64,000 bases of DNA from positions 160,001 to 224,000 of the forward strand of contig CAVSPA010000006.1 in the NCBI GenBank assembly GCA_963729715.1. The letters are read 5' to 3'. The position numbers and the translations under genes are program-made. The notes under the pieces were generated by a model, which saw nothing but the letters and a program-made list of their open reading frames with translations, searched no databases and was not told the DNA's origin. Below, piece after piece: positions 63,075 through 64,000 of this stretch (its first letter is position 1; every line of letters starts with the position of its first letter). This stretch comes from an uncultured delta proteobacterium (GTDB taxonomy: Bacteria > Desulfobacterota > Syntrophia > Syntrophales > UBA2185).

Positions 63075-63943
63075 AGAAATTGAAACTGGGAATACCGAAA
63101 GGAAGCCTGGAGGTCAAGACCGTGGACCTCTTTAAAATGGCTGGCTGGCGCATCACATATGATGAGAGGAGTTACTTCCCGGAAATAGACGACGAGGACA
63201 TCTCCTGCACCCTTGTGAGGGCACAGGAGATGTCAAGATATGTTGAGGATGGAACTCTGGATCTGGGGTTGACCGGCAAGGACTGGATCATCGAAAATGA
63301 ATCGAATGTCGTCGAGGTGCAGGATCTGATATATTCGAAGGCATCGGCAAGGCAGGCGAAGTGGGTTCTGATAGTCAGAGAAGATTCCCCCGTGCAGGCC
63401 ATCGAGGACATGGAAGGGAAGAAGATCTCGACCGAACTGGTGCGATTCACGGAAAGGTATTTCAGGAAGAAGAACATCAATGTTCATGTCGAGTTTTCCT
63501 GGGGTGCAACGGAGGCGAAATGTGTTGAAGGCCTCGTGGATGCCATCGTTGAGGTAACGGAAACGGGAACGACGATTAAGGCTAACAAGTTGAGGATTGT
63601 GCATGAGCTGATGAAAACCAATACAAAGCTCATCGCCAATCCTGCCGCATGGGAGGACCCCTGGAAGCGCAAGAAGATAGAGCAGATAAGGACGCTGCTG
63701 AACGGCTCATTGCTGGCCATGGGGAAGGTGGGCTTGAAGCTGAATGTATCCAAGGAGAATCTTGGGAGGGTTGTCCTCCTGTTGCCTGCGCTGAAAGCGC
63801 CCACCATCTCCGGACTGTACTCGAATGACTGGTATGCTGTGGAAACAATAGTAGACGGGAATGTCGTTCGGGAATTGATTCCCCTGCTTAAAGAAGCCGG
63901 GGCCGAAGGCATTATTGAATATCCCTTGAATAAGGTTGTCTGA
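63071..63943 (+). CDS. hisG: ATP phosphoribosyltransferase, long form
   Basis: [28 protein letters not shown]-terminal regulatory domain. Confidence 0.96.
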   Translation: MKKLKLGIPKGSLEVKTVDLFKMAGWRITYDERSYFPEIDDEDISCTLVRAQEMSRYVEDGTLDLGLTGKDWIIENESNVVEVQDLIYSKASARQAKWVLIVREDSPVQAIEDMEGKKISTELVRFTERYFRKKNINVHVEFSWGATEAKCVEGLVDAIVEVTETGTTIKANKLRIVHELMKTNTKLIANPAAWEDPWKRKKIEQIRTLLNGSLLAMGKVGLKLNVSKENLGRVVLLLPALKAPTISGLYSNDWYAVETIVDGNVVRELIPLLKEAGAEGIIEYPLNKVV

Positions 63944-63957
63944 AAGGTACAATTGTT

Positions 63958-64000
63958 ATGGCACGCAAGGCTAAAATTTACAGGAAAACAACGGAGACGG
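63958..64000 (+). CDS. hisB: N-terminus of imidazoleglycerol-phosphate dehydratase (runs out of window)
   Basis: MARKAKIYRKTTET matches the HisB R.T.ET start; follows hisG. Confidence 0.7.
   Translation, partial: MARKAKIYRKTTET

Overview
Gene-dense chromosomal window from an anaerobic bacterium, most likely Desulfobacterota/Syntrophales-like (inferred from protein families and repeat types). It contains: a rhodanese/DoxX/HMA-remnant cluster; amtB-glnK-glnA flanked by two SPFH genes; an HD phosphohydrolase next to an NrdD-like gene; gmhA-grpE-dnaK; surE; a Crp/Fnr regulator with a divergent FeS gene; a porin; an IS200 element; a tungstate (tup) ABC operon with two binding proteins; gpsA-like, trpB2 and rarA; a sigma54 two-component system; c-di-GMP and c-di-AMP synthases; a complete aroF-aroB-pheA-aroDE-aroA-aroK-aroC-tyrA operon; a MinD-like/J-like/SPOR trio; and hisI-hisG-hisB'. 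Three highlights are not explained by the ORF track. (1) The full-length NrdD-like protein has Gln at the glycyl-radical position (RITQYF) and Ser at a conserved Cys, and sits downstream of a SAMHD1-like HD enzyme: a candidate RNR pseudoenzyme or nucleotide-sensing module. (2) An unannotated 27-codon leader peptide with FYYWNYYF, mutually exclusive hairpins and tandem terminators precedes the aro operon: an attenuator that may sense all three aromatic amino acids. (3) An orphan sigma54 promoter and intrinsic terminator enclose a ~125-nt non-coding unit with an exposed anti-SD seed, divergent from the two-component system: a candidate sRNA. Several pseudogenes and two copies of an IS200/IS605-type non-autonomous element are also present. 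All calls come from reading the sequence; no searches were run.
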